Assembly: GCA_965215565.1 (NCBI GenBank)
Contig: CBDCDZ010000004.1
Location: 3,232,001-3,296,000, forward strand
Direction: 5' to 3'
Origin: Trueperaceae bacterium
Lineage (GTDB): Bacteria > Deinococcota > Deinococci > Deinococcales > Trueperaceae
Length of the DNA stretch: 64,000 nucleotides
The notes below the pieces were generated by a model, which saw only the letters and a program-made list of their open reading frames with translations, did not search any database and was not told where the DNA came from. How positions within the stretch are numbered: position 1 is the first letter of the stretch; every line of letters begins with the position of its first letter. This document shows, piece after piece, positions 39,718 through 49,457 of the stretch. A program made the position numbers and the translations under genes.

Positions 39718-40976
39718 CAGCCAAAGAGCCGCCCGGCGATGCTAAAGCCTGCGAGGTACGTGCCCGCCGCCGAGCCGAGCGTCGCGAGGAAGAAGACGAG
39801 GAGCGTCCGCGCGACGCGGTTGCGCCACCAGCCGCGCCACTCGGTCACGTCTTGGCGGAGCGTATTGAAGTCGCCCATCTTGGGTTTACGTGCCCACAGT
39901 TCGATGCCCGCCGCCACAAAGCCCGCGCCGATGAGCGGGTTGAGCGAGGTCAAGGGTGCAGCGAAGAACGCACCGATAATGGTCAGCGGGTGCGCTGTCG
40001 CGATAATCGCGCCGAGCGCCGTGAGGCTGCCGTTGATGAGCACCCAATCCGTGACGAGTTGGAGACCAAGCTCGGGGCTGCGCGAGAAGCCGATGATAAA
40101 CCCCGTAATGATAAGTGCAACGATGAGCCAGGGAAAGATGCGGAGCCAGGGCGTACCTTTGGGGAGGGTCTCGAGCTTGCGCCTCACCTCTTCTGGCGAC
40201 GCGCCACTCGGCGCTTCCAGGTTCTGCGCCAACCCCTTGAGATGTCCTGCGCCGATGACGACGAGCACCTCTTTGTAAGGCTTAGCGTTCGTCTCTTCAC
40301 GCAGCCGCACGGCCATGTACTCGTCACGCTCAGCGATGAGCGGTACGTAGAGTTCTTGCGAGGACTCCGCAAACTCGTTAAACGTCGCCTCTAACATATC
40401 CCCCTCTTTAAGCTTCTCGATCTCCTCTTCGGTGACCTCTTCACGGCTCACCACGCTCGCCAAAAGTCCGCCGATGAGCGTCATGCGCTGCCACCAGGGG
40501 ACGTTGCTGTAGACGCGGCGCAAGGTGATACCGATGTCGCGGTCAATTAAGAGAACGGGCAACTCGGCGTCTTTCGCAACACGAATGGCGCGGCGCATCT
40601 CCTCGCCGGGTTGGATGCCCGACTGCTCCGCGATGCGCTGCTGAAAGGCTCCTAGTGCCAGCGACGCCGCCATCATGCTCGCTTTGCCCTGGCGGAAGAC
40701 TTCGAAGAGGTCCGTTTTCGCCCAGCGGTCTGGGTCGGTCAAGTTGGCATGGCGGTTCGGGTCGAGTTCGATGGCGACGGCGTCAAAGTCGCCTGTGTTG
40801 ATTAAGCGTTCCACCTCGTCGGCACTGGTTTTAGAGACGTGGGCGGTGCCCAAAATCGTGTAGCGGGTGTCGCCCTGTTGGGTGGTGCGAAGAGGTTGCT
40901 CGGGGACGCCTTTGGCACGTGCCTCTTGCGAAGAGTCTTGCTTGGTTAGCTCAGGCTGAGCTTGGGTGTCGGTCAT
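39717..40976 (-). CDS. TraB/GumN family membrane protein
   Basis: LGTAHVS, VAIELD, DRDIGITL, ERDEYM, IGAGH; start placed at ATG 40976 (TACACT -10). Confidence 0.88.
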   Translation of the reverse strand: MTDTQAQPELTKQDSSQEARAKGVPEQPLRTTQQGDTRYTILGTAHVSKTSADEVERLINTGDFDAVAIELDPNRHANLTDPDRWAKTDLFEVFRQGKASMMAASLALGAFQQRIAEQSGIQPGEEMRRAIRVAKDAELPVLLIDRDIGITLRRVYSNVPWWQRMTLIGGLLASVVSREEVTEEEIEKLKEGDMLEATFNEFAESSQELYVPLIAERDEYMAVRLREETNAKPYKEVLVVIGAGHLKGLAQNLEAPSGASPEEVRRKLETLPKGTPWLRIFPWLIVALIITGFIIGFSRSPELGLQLVTDWVLINGSLTALGAIIATAHPLTIIGAFFAAPLTSLNPLIGAGFVAAGIELWARKPKMGDFNTLRQDVTEWRGWWRNRVARTLLVFFLATLGSAAGTYLAGFSIAGRLFG

Positions 40977-41011
40977 CTTTAGAGTGTACCTAAAGTCGGT
41001 GAGGTCTCGAG

Positions 41012-41413
41012 TTAAGTAGCTTGAAGACGCCAAATTTCTATTTTCTCTTCGTGGTTTAGAACCGCAAGTACGGCGTTGTCTTCTCTTACAAAAACGACAT
41101 CATCCTGAGCGGGATACCAGAGGCTGTCCAAATCTTTGATGAAACTTCTCAGCTTAGCTTTTATTCCGAATTTACTGGAAGCCCAGAGCATATTAAACCT
41201 TTACCCACCGCCGAGGTTTAGCTCGAGAAAAACACTCTTCGTTTCATCCATGCTTTTATCTGAAACATCGGCCTCTTCATACTGGATAGTCGAATCAATA
41301 CTGACATAGTGAAACTTTTCCATGATTTCTTCAAATTCTTGTCGGCTCATGACATCGTATTGACGACGTGTCCAACCTAATTCATCAAGACGTTTTTGAA
41401 TCGCATTAGCCAC
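41012..41413 (-). pseudogene. AT-rich gene split by an in-frame TAA (41201-41203); resembles polymorphic-toxin immunity proteins
   Basis: ...LNLGGG*RFNMLWASSKFGIKAKLRSFIKDLDSLWYPAQDDVVFV...LNHEEKIEIWRLQAT* all in one frame. Confidence 0.55.
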
Positions 41414-41426
41414 CTAGTACCCTCTT

Positions 41427-42362
41427 TCACCTCTTAGACAGTGACGACAACTCGAGCGCCAAGCGCTCCAACGCCCAGCCTTCATCCCCGCCAGACTTCA
41501 TGGCGACATCTGCCTCGAGAATCGCCGAGAGCACCTCTTTAAGTTTTGGTTCGTCCAAGTCCTTCGCCAGCCCTAACGCCTTTTTCGCCACGAACGGCTT
41601 GACCTTCAAGGTTTGCATCACAAGCCCGTCATTCACCGCTGCCCGATCCTCCTTGAGCCCGACGCACCGCGCCACCAAATTGTACTGCCAAGTGAGCGCC
41701 CCCAATACGCGCGGCGGCGCTTCGCCCTGCGCCATAAGGCTCTGGCAGATAGCGAGCGCTTTGGCGGCTTCGCCCGCCGACGCCGCTTCGACGAGGTCGA
41801 AGGCGTCTCTCGCGGCGGGGCGGTTGACGATTTCTCGCACCCGTTCGCTATTCAAGGTTTCGTCCAAGACTTCCAACTTCTGAATCTCGGCGGCGATGCT
41901 CGGCAAGTCTTCCCCAAAGAGGTCGGCTAGGGTCTGCGGCACATCTTTGTCGAACTGCACATTTTCAGCGGTGAGTTCTTGGCGAACCCAGTGTGTCAGC
42001 GCGTTGAAGCGCGGCGTGGGGAGGTGCTCGTGCTGACCGAGGGCGTTGTAGGTTTTTTGCCGGGACGCACTCGCGTTGAGGTCGATCACGACGATGAGGC
42101 TGTCTTCGGGGACGTTCTCGAGTGCTTTCAAGACCTCATTGCGCGGCTTGACGCCTGCTTGTCCCTTGAAGGCGGCGTCGAAGTCTAAAAGGAGCGCAAC
42201 TTGACCGAACAAACCCGACTGCGCGGCGAGTTGGGCGACTTGGGGCGCGTCCATCCCTTCGCCGAGTTCGGTCACTTCGTCCAGTTTGAAGCCTCTTGAT
42301 TGGAGGGCGCGGCGGGCGGCCCTGGTAGCTAAAAATTCGTCACCGCTAAAGGAGAGAATCAC
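41427..42362 (-). CDS. holA: DNA polymerase III subunit delta
   Basis: FSGDEFL, GLFG, EIQKL, AFDLVEA, EADVAMKSG. Confidence 0.85.
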   Translation of the reverse strand: MILSFSGDEFLATRAARRALQSRGFKLDEVTELGEGMDAPQVAQLAAQSGLFGQVALLLDFDAAFKGQAGVKPRNEVLKALENVPEDSLIVVIDLNASASRQKTYNALGQHEHLPTPRFNALTHWVRQELTAENVQFDKDVPQTLADLFGEDLPSIAAEIQKLEVLDETLNSERVREIVNRPAARDAFDLVEAASAGEAAKALAICQSLMAQGEAPPRVLGALTWQYNLVARCVGLKEDRAAVNDGLVMQTLKVKPFVAKKALGLAKDLDEPKLKEVLSAILEADVAMKSGGDEGWALERLALELSSLSKR

Positions 42363-42498
42363 ATCCTTAGTTTACCTCTTGGGTTTTAGAGCTGAGTAGC
42401 TGACAGTCTGAAGTGCTGATATGCTTTCTTTGTGAATAGACTTTTTTCCAACCCATCGTCTGAACGAAAGAGCGTTTAATCTATGATTGAGTGCGTCC

Positions 42499-42546
42499 AT
42501 AACCAGATGCTACCTGCAGCATATAACCAGATGTTACCTGCAACAT
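42499..42546. repeat. 24-bp tandem repeat with internal palindromes, overlapping the hisF start
   Basis: ATAACCAGATGCTACCTGCAGCAT / ATAACCAGATGTTACCTGCAACAT. Confidence 0.8.
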
Positions 42547-43324
42547 GCTAGCCAAACGCATTATCCCCTGCTTAGACGTTCATAACGGCAGAACGACAAG
42601 AGGTCAGCAGTTCGGGCAAGTCGAAAAGGGCGAACTCACGGACGTAGGCGACCCCGTCGAGTTAGCCCTGCGCTACAACGAACAGGGCGCGGACGAATTG
42701 GTCTTCTACGACATCACCGCGACGAGCGAAGGGCGAGCGCTCATCACGGATGTGATCACAAAGGTGGCGGAGAGGTGCTTTATGCCTTTAACCGTTGGCG
42801 GCGGCGTGCGCACTTTGCAAGACTTTCGCACGCTCTTTCTGGCGGGTGCAGATAAGGTCTCCATCAATTCGGGCGCGGTGGCAAACCCTGACGTGGTGCG
42901 CGAAGCGGCGGAGCACTACGGCTCGCAGGCGGTAGTCTTCTCGGTTGACGCGAAACGGCGCGAAGATGGAAAGGGCTGGGAGGTCTACGTGGCGGGCGGA
43001 CGTAAGAAAACGGGGTTGGATTTGCTCGAGTGGGCAGTTCGCGGTCAAGCACTCGGCGCGGGCGAAATCGTCTTGAATAGCATTGACGCCGACGGGATGA
43101 AGACAGGGTATGACTTAGAGGCGACAAAGCTGGTGGCGCAGGCCGTAGATATTCCTGTGATCGCCTCGGGCGGGGCGAATAACGCTCAGCATATGCGAGA
43201 GGTTTTGCAAGAGAGCGGGGCGGACGCGGCGCTAGCGGCAGGGATGTTTCACCGTGGCGAGACGACCGTCGGCGAGGTCAAGCGGCTCTTAGCAGAAGAG
43301 GGCGTACACGTGAGGCTGGTTTGA
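42545..43324 (+). CDS. hisF: Imidazole glycerol phosphate synthase cyclase subunit
   Basis: [37 protein letters not shown]. Confidence 0.95.
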   Translation: MLAKRIIPCLDVHNGRTTRGQQFGQVEKGELTDVGDPVELALRYNEQGADELVFYDITATSEGRALITDVITKVAERCFMPLTVGGGVRTLQDFRTLFLAGADKVSINSGAVANPDVVREAAEHYGSQAVVFSVDAKRREDGKGWEVYVAGGRKKTGLDLLEWAVRGQALGAGEIVLNSIDADGMKTGYDLEATKLVAQAVDIPVIASGGANNAQHMREVLQESGADAALAAGMFHRGETTVGEVKRLLAEEGVHVRLV

Positions 43325-43818
43325 TGGATATTGCTGTTAGAAAGATTGAACTCGGCGATGCTCGAGGCTTCTGGTCTGCCCTCTCAAGTGTCGCGCAAGA
43401 ACGCAAGTACATCTTGACGATTGACCCCCCGCCTCTTGAGCGCTCCAAAGCGTTCGTACGCGAGAACGTCGAGAAGGACTACGCGCAGTACGTCGCGCTT
43501 CATGGCGAAGAAGTCGTAGGTTGGGCAGACATCATCCCCTCGAGCCATCCTAAGATGAATCATGTTGGCGCATTAGGCATGGGCATCTTAGCGGGCTACC
43601 GCGGAAGAGGTATTGGAAGTCAGCTCTTAGAAAAAACGGTTGAACACGCTTGGGCTAGCGGCTTAAAGAGGTTGGAGTTGGAGGTCTTCGCCGACAACGA
43701 ACCCGCTATCAGGCTCTATAAAAAGTACGGCTACGCTCAAGAAGGTCTCAAGCGCTACGCTCGTTTCATAGACGGACAGTATCAGGATATCGTGGTGATG
43801 GCGCAGGTCCGCGTTTAA
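43324..43818 (+). CDS. GNAT family acetyltransferase
   Basis: GYRGRGIG, LEVFADNEPAIRLYKKYG. Confidence 0.88.
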   Translation: MDIAVRKIELGDARGFWSALSSVAQERKYILTIDPPPLERSKAFVRENVEKDYAQYVALHGEEVVGWADIIPSSHPKMNHVGALGMGILAGYRGRGIGSQLLEKTVEHAWASGLKRLELEVFADNEPAIRLYKKYGYAQEGLKRYARFIDGQYQDIVVMAQVRV

Positions 43819-43886
43819 TTCGGCATCTCTCAAAGAAATAACGTGACTGAGGCGCAAGGCTCGTATAGAGGTGCTAAGCTGTAAAG

Positions 43887-44096
43887 ATGAAAGCTTACGA
43901 ACTCCCCGTCAAACTGGACCGCGGCGGTAAGGTTGAACTGCCCGCAGATTTGGCGAAGGTGCTTACGGAGGCGTCCGAAGCGCGGATGATTCTGCTCGTA
44001 GAGAGCCCCGACGATCAAGGGTGGGCGCAGCTAAGCCGTGAGCAGTTTTCGGCAGGTTATAGCGACGCCGACAGCGTATACGACATCTTGAGCTAA
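43887..44096 (+). CDS. Small antitoxin-like protein, no adjacent toxin
   Basis: AbrB-like N-terminus; C-terminal EQFSAGYSDADSVYD; TAAGCT -10. Confidence 0.55.
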   Translation: MKAYELPVKLDRGGKVELPADLAKVLTEASEARMILLVESPDDQGWAQLSREQFSAGYSDADSVYDILS

Positions 44097-44147
44097 CGCC
44101 TCTTATCAGTAAAGCCGCAGCAAAATTTTGAATACTAAGACCTTTCC

Positions 44148-44567
44148 ATGATTGACTCATTCATCATCAAATCCGTTAAAACGGATGCGGTGCTCGAGTT
44201 CAGTCATCTGAGACGGTACTACGTCAAAGTCGCATTGCTCAGTGAGGATCGTAGGGCTGTAACAGATATTTATTTAGACGATGACGATGCTCTGAAACTC
44301 GTTGAGTTATTTCAAAAGATGGCTGAGCAGTGGCGCGGCTGGGAAGGTAAATTTAGTTGGGCACCGCTCGAGATGGAATTTACACTTAGCACATCCTCAG
44401 ATAGTTTAGGGCACGTAGAACTCGAGGTGGAATTTAGCAGATATGGCGTAGCTGAACCCTGGTATTTCAAAGGTTCACTTTTTACAGAAGCAGGGCAACT
44501 CGACACTTTAGCGCGTGAAGCGAAGAAGTTCTTTGTTGACGGCGCGGTGCGGACGGGGATGAAATGA
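44148..44567 (+). CDS. Hypothetical protein (DUF6228-like)
   Basis: WRGWEG..W..LE..L....D.LGHV motif; lower GC than neighbours. Confidence 0.55.
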   Translation: MIDSFIIKSVKTDAVLEFSHLRRYYVKVALLSEDRRAVTDIYLDDDDALKLVELFQKMAEQWRGWEGKFSWAPLEMEFTLSTSSDSLGHVELEVEFSRYGVAEPWYFKGSLFTEAGQLDTLAREAKKFFVDGAVRTGMK

Positions 44568-45697
44568 CCAAAAAATACAACCTCGAGACCTTAGCTGTCC
44601 ACGCGGGTTTGAAAACAGACTCGGCCACGGGCGCAGTCACCCCGCCGATTCACCTCTCGACGACGTTCGAGCGGGAGAAAGACGGGTCTTACCCGCACGG
44701 GCACGTCTACACGAGGACGAGCAATCCGAACCGCGCAGCGTTGGAGGAGGCGTTGGCGCGGCTCGAGGGAGGCTCCTCGGCAGCCGCCTTCTCCTCGGGC
44801 TCCGCCGCAGCAGGCGCAGTCTTCCGCGCGCTTAGACCGGGCGACCACGCCATCGTCCCCGACGACATGTATCACGGGATTGCCAAGCTCTTAAAAGAGG
44901 TTTTCATCCCTTGGGGACTCAAAGTTGACTTTGTTGACCTCACGGATTTGGACGCTTTGAGAAATTCTCTACGTGAAGAGACGAAACTGGTGTGGCTCGA
45001 GACGCCCTCCAACCCGCTCTTAAAAATTACCGACATCGCCGCTGTCGCCGAAATCGCACACGGAGCGGGAGCCGTCGTCGCTTCGGACAGCACCTGGACG
45101 CCGCCCCCTCTGCAACCTGCTTTTGACCTTGGCGTAGACCTCATCGTGCACTCCACGACGAAGTACCTCTCCGGTCACAGTGACGTGCTGGGCGGCGCAG
45201 TTGTAGCGAGAGAGGATGACCTCTTGGAGCGCGTCCGCATGGTGCAACGGATGGAGGGCGCGGTTCCCTCACCCTTCGACTGCTGGCTCGTCTTACGAGG
45301 AATGCGCACGCTGCCCTACCGAATGCGGGCGCACTGCGAGAACGCGCAGAAGGTGGCGGAGTTCTTAAACGAACATGAGCAGGTTGAAGCGGTGCACTAT
45401 CCGAGCTTGACAACGCATCCCGGTCATGAGGTTGCTAAAAAGCAGATGAACGCTTGGGGCGGAATGCTCTCGTTCCGGGTAAGAGGTGCGGCGGAAGACG
45501 CGATGAAGGTGGCGGCGAACGTCGAGCTTTTCACTAGAGCGACGAGCTTAGGCGGAGTAGAGAGTCTGATCGAACACCGCGCCTCTACCGAGGGACCGCA
45601 GTCGCAGACGCCGCAGAATTTACTGAGGGTGTCGGTGGGGCTCGAGCACCCCGATGACCTTATTGGAGACCTAGAACAAGCTTTAGCTGTCGAATAG
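44564..45697 (+). CDS. Cys/Met metabolism PLP enzyme (cystathionine gamma-synthase/lyase family)
   Basis: YTRTSNP, ETPSNP, HSTTKYLSGHSD, SLGGVESL, RVSVGLE. Confidence 0.9.
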   Translation: MTKKYNLETLAVHAGLKTDSATGAVTPPIHLSTTFEREKDGSYPHGHVYTRTSNPNRAALEEALARLEGGSSAAAFSSGSAAAGAVFRALRPGDHAIVPDDMYHGIAKLLKEVFIPWGLKVDFVDLTDLDALRNSLREETKLVWLETPSNPLLKITDIAAVAEIAHGAGAVVASDSTWTPPPLQPAFDLGVDLIVHSTTKYLSGHSDVLGGAVVAREDDLLERVRMVQRMEGAVPSPFDCWLVLRGMRTLPYRMRAHCENAQKVAEFLNEHEQVEAVHYPSLTTHPGHEVAKKQMNAWGGMLSFRVRGAAEDAMKVAANVELFTRATSLGGVESLIEHRASTEGPQSQTPQNLLRVSVGLEHPDDLIGDLEQALAVE

Positions 45698-45751
45698 GGA
45701 GTAAGATTAAGTGTTCAAAGCTTTGTCTTACCTCTAAAGGAAGGATTCATT

Positions 45752-46861
45752 ATGGAATCTTTACAAGAAAGCGTAATACAAGAAAGCATATTTGAAAGCG
45801 GAGTTTTAGACGAAACTGTAGAAAGTGAAGAAGTTGCAAAGGTTGAATATGACATTACGAGTTACGGTGCTGATTATGACGTTGAGGGACTTGTTCGTCG
45901 TTTAGATCGATCAAACATAGTTGTGCCAGATTTCCAGCGTGATTATGTCTGGACAATAGCTGAAGCTTCTCGTTTTGTTGAATCTCTCTTGCTAGGTTTA
46001 CCTGTTCCTGGTATCTTTCTGGCTCGAGAACCCGAAACAGAGCGCTTACTCGTCATCGATGGTCAGCAAAGGCTAAAAACCTTACAATTCTTTTATAAAG
46101 GTGTTTTCAACACTGAGGGTGAAGATAACACACGAAGGGTTTTTCAGCTGAATAAAGTTCAACCATATTTTGAAGGAAAAACTTTCGAAGATATGGAAGT
46201 GCGAGACCAAGAAAGGCTGAATAATTCGATACTTCACGCGACAATTGTCAAGCAGGAACGCCCAAGTAATGATAATACTAGTATCTATCATATATTCGAA
46301 AGGCTCAACACAGGAGGACGTAAGCTAACACCCCAGCAGATTAGAGCGGTGGTTTATCATGGACCCCTTATCGATCTTCTCAAGCACTTAAATGAAAATG
46401 TTGCTTGGCGAGCTATTTTTGGTAGAAAGAACAAATTATTAAAGGATCAAGAGCTGATTCTTCGCTTCTTGGCACTTTTCTTCGATAGTAGTGATTACAA
46501 AAGCCCTATGAAAGAGTTCCTGAACGTTTTCGCTGGAAACAACCGCAGTGCAAATAGCGATACTCTCGTGGAGTTTGAAAACCTTTTCAGTAAGACAATT
46601 ACTAAGGTCTATGAAGCATTTGGGAAACGCGCATTCCGATTAGAAAAAGTTCTCAATGCCGCTGTTTTCGACTCTGTGATGGTAGGAGTGGCTCGCCGTA
46701 TAACTAGTGAGCCGCACGTAGACACGGAGTCATTGAAGCAGGTATATGAAAGTTTGTTACAAAAATCGGATTATCTCCAAGCAGTTACACAAGGCACAGC
46801 AAACGAGAGGTCCGTGGAGAATAGATTGAATATTGCGACGGACGTTTTCGCAGGAGCTTAG
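45752..46861 (+). CDS. DUF262 (GmrS/ParB-like DGQQR) domain protein
   Basis: PDFQRDYVW, ESLLLGLPVP, VIDGQQRL, IFERLNTGG; AT-rich. Confidence 0.9.
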   Translation: MESLQESVIQESIFESGVLDETVESEEVAKVEYDITSYGADYDVEGLVRRLDRSNIVVPDFQRDYVWTIAEASRFVESLLLGLPVPGIFLAREPETERLLVIDGQQRLKTLQFFYKGVFNTEGEDNTRRVFQLNKVQPYFEGKTFEDMEVRDQERLNNSILHATIVKQERPSNDNTSIYHIFERLNTGGRKLTPQQIRAVVYHGPLIDLLKHLNENVAWRAIFGRKNKLLKDQELILRFLALFFDSSDYKSPMKEFLNVFAGNNRSANSDTLVEFENLFSKTITKVYEAFGKRAFRLEKVLNAAVFDSVMVGVARRITSEPHVDTESLKQVYESLLQKSDYLQAVTQGTANERSVENRLNIATDVFAGA

Positions 46862-47340
46862 TGCAGAATCAGGAAGTAAGTAGACAGCTTCAGAGACTCA
46901 GAAGCCAATGGAATCTAGTTTCCGAAAAGTGCGGTGGAGACTTAGAGTTGGAGGCACAGTGGGCGCGATACATGTGTATCCGGTGTGCAGGCTTCTTCGA
47001 AATTGCGTTGAGAGAAATTTTAAGCGATTACTTAGACAAGACCAGTTCACCAGCGTCAGCCAAGTATGGTAAGCAAGCATTAAAAAGAAATCAAAACCCT
47101 AATGGTGAACAAATAATGCAGACACTCAGTTCTTTTGACCCTACTTGGCGCAACAAGCTAGAGGTGCACCAATACTGGCTCGATGGAGGCAGAGATGCCT
47201 TCGATTCGGTTATGAACGTCCGGCACACCATAGCGCATGGCGGCGACGCAGGTATTACCCTAGGAACTTTATCTTCATACCTTGAAAGAGCACTAAAAGT
47301 TTTAGAATACATTGAAAAGTTGTGCCGTAACGAAATCTAA
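46861..47340 (+). CDS. HEPN-domain protein (MAE_28990/RiboL-PSP-HEPN-like)
   Basis: AGFFE helix, NPN, Rx4H motif RHTIAHG; start overlaps the DUF262 stop. Confidence 0.8.
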   Translation: MQNQEVSRQLQRLRSQWNLVSEKCGGDLELEAQWARYMCIRCAGFFEIALREILSDYLDKTSSPASAKYGKQALKRNQNPNGEQIMQTLSSFDPTWRNKLEVHQYWLDGGRDAFDSVMNVRHTIAHGGDAGITLGTLSSYLERALKVLEYIEKLCRNEI

Positions 47341-47414
47341 AAGTAAGAATTTTGAAATATTTGTTTGCTTTCAAAAGGGACTGAAGTAAGCTCACACTAC
47401 TTTAGGATGGATGT

Positions 47415-48038
47415 ATGAACGCTTTATCTACTATCAATTTCGACGAACGCGGTCTCGTCCCCGTTGTCACCCAAGACGCTTTGAGCGGCGAAGTCTTGAT
47501 GCTCGCCTACGCGAACCGCGAAGCTTACGAGAAGACGCTCGAGACCCGCCAAGCCCACTACTACAGCCGCTCCCGTGACGAACTCTGGCGCAAAGGTGCC
47601 ACGAGCGGCAACACGCAAGAGGTCCTTGAGGTGCGCGTAGACTGCGACGAGGACGCGCTTCTCTACCGCGTGAAGCAGTTGGGTTCAGCCTGTCACACGG
47701 GCGAGAGGTCGTGCTTTTACCGCTCGTCGGACCACGAGCGGACCTCTTTGGGTGAGACGATGGCGCTTTTAGAGCGGGTGGTGAATGAGAGGTTAGGGAC
47801 ACTTCCCGAAGACTCGTACGTCACCAAGATGCACAAAAGAGGTAAGGGCTACGTCGCGCAAAAAGTCGTCGAAGAGGCGGGGGAGAGCATCGTCGCGGCG
47901 TTAGAGAACAAACCGGACGAACTTGTCGGCGAGGCGGCGGACCTCTTGTTTCACCTCACGGTCCTCCTGCGGGAGAGCGGCGTGAGCTTGCAAAACGTGT
48001 CGGATGAACTCGTAGAGCGTCATCAAGCCAAAAGGTAG
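47415..48038 (+). CDS. hisIE: Bifunctional PR-AMP cyclohydrolase / PR-ATP pyrophosphatase
   Basis: [49 protein letters not shown]. Confidence 0.95.
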   Translation: MNALSTINFDERGLVPVVTQDALSGEVLMLAYANREAYEKTLETRQAHYYSRSRDELWRKGATSGNTQEVLEVRVDCDEDALLYRVKQLGSACHTGERSCFYRSSDHERTSLGETMALLERVVNERLGTLPEDSYVTKMHKRGKGYVAQKVVEEAGESIVAALENKPDELVGEAADLLFHLTVLLRESGVSLQNVSDELVERHQAKR

Positions 48039-48039
48039 T

Positions 48040-48181
48040 TGAAAGCAACGAGAAAAAGTAGTTGAAAGCAATGAGCAACGAGCAATCCAGTCAAGCTGGT
48101 TACGCAGTCTCTTGAAGGGAACGAACGGCGAGCCTAAAGGGTTTCACTCATTGCTCGGAACTCATTGCTCATTGCTGCTTC
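48040..48181. repeat. Heptamer-repeat hairpin, copy 3 (long loop)
   Basis: AGCAATGAGCAACGAGCAAT ... ACTCATTGCTCGGAACTCATTGCTCATTGCT. Confidence 0.7.
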
Positions 48182-48242
48182 CTGTTTACCTACGGGAGAG
48201 ATACACCACCTCTCGCCGCCGTGAGCCGTGTCACCATGCGGT

Positions 48243-49301
48243 ATGACCACAAAAGCACCTGAATCGCCTAAATCTGATAAGCCTGATAAGCCGAAAAAAC
48301 GCCCGCGCAAGCAGGGCAAGACGGTGGATATGGAACGCGCGCTGGTCCTCGACACCGTGCGCATCACCGAGCAAGCCGCCATCGCTGCGAGCCGCGTGGC
48401 GGGCAAGGGCGACTCCGATCTGGTGGATCAAGCGGGCACGGACGCCATGCGCCGCGTTTTGAACGAACTCGATATCGACGGTGAGATCGTCATCGGCGAG
48501 GGCGAGCGCGACGAAGCGCCGATGCTCTACATCGGCGAGAAGCTGGGGCTGGGCGGCGAGGGCGCGTGGGCGGTGGACATCGCGGTGGACCCCGTTGAGG
48601 GCACGGGCATCACGGCGCGGATGGTGAATAACTCGGTGGCGGTCATCGCCATTGCCGAAAAGGGCGGGCTCTTCCAAGCGCCCGACACCTACATGGACAA
48701 GCTCATCGTCGGACCGCCCGCCGCGGGCAAGGTGGACATCACCTGGCCTGTCAACGCGAACTTGAGCGCCGTTGCGCAGAGTTTGGACCGCTCCGTGGAG
48801 GACTTGACGGTGGTGATTTTGGACCGTCCGCGTCACGCTGACCTCTTGAAGCAGGTGAGGGGGGCGGGCGCGCGGGTCAAGCTCATCGGGGACGGCGACG
48901 TGATCGCAGCGCTCTCGGCGGCGGTGCGCGGAACGAACGTCCACGCGGTCATGGGTATCGGCGGCGCACCCGAAGGGGTGTTGGCGGCGGCGGCTTTGAA
49001 GTGTTTGGGCGGCGAGATACAGGGGCGCTTTAAGCCGCGCAATGAGGGTGAGCAGAAGCGGCTCGAGGCGATGGGCGCGTCCACCAGTCAGGTCTATAAA
49101 ACCGAAGACCTAGCTCCGGGTCAAAACATCGTCTTTAGCGCGACGGGCATCACCGACGGCGACCTCTTGCGCGGCGTGCGCTTTTTCAAAAATGGCGCGC
49201 GCACGCACTCGATTTCGATGGGCTATCAGTCGCGGGTCTTGCGACTCGCAGACGCCGTTCACCTCTTGGGCGACGGGGCGCGGGTGACGATTCAGGTTTA
49301 G
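48243..49301 (+). CDS. glpX: Fructose-1,6-bisphosphatase class II
   Basis: [43 protein letters not shown]. Confidence 0.95.
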   Translation: MTTKAPESPKSDKPDKPKKRPRKQGKTVDMERALVLDTVRITEQAAIAASRVAGKGDSDLVDQAGTDAMRRVLNELDIDGEIVIGEGERDEAPMLYIGEKLGLGGEGAWAVDIAVDPVEGTGITARMVNNSVAVIAIAEKGGLFQAPDTYMDKLIVGPPAAGKVDITWPVNANLSAVAQSLDRSVEDLTVVILDRPRHADLLKQVRGAGARVKLIGDGDVIAALSAAVRGTNVHAVMGIGGAPEGVLAAAALKCLGGEIQGRFKPRNEGEQKRLEAMGASTSQVYKTEDLAPGQNIVFSATGITDGDLLRGVRFFKNGARTHSISMGYQSRVLRLADAVHLLGDGARVTIQV

Positions 49302-49457
49302 GTTTCGTCCTTTTGCCTTAAAGCCGACAGCTTGAACGCCTCGGTAGCGTCTCGTTGCACCTTTACTTTTTCTTCGTGAGAGCGAACAAAGCGCTCCACC
49401 GCCCGAACTAAGCGTGTAGCGAGAATAAGTTAATTGCTTACTAGGCTATCTTAAACC

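Noticed and set aside
39717..40976. TraB-family gene as evidence of a conjugative element
   Set aside because: TraB/GumN proteins are common chromosomal genes; it is coupled to recX and no transfer genes are nearby
42483..42551. 22-aa ORF before hisF as a His attenuator leader
   Set aside because: Only one His codon and no terminator before hisF
14901..48181. Repeated AGCAATGAG elements as a CRISPR array
   Set aside because: Copies are dispersed inverted heptamer runs without regular repeat-spacer structure, and no cas genes are present
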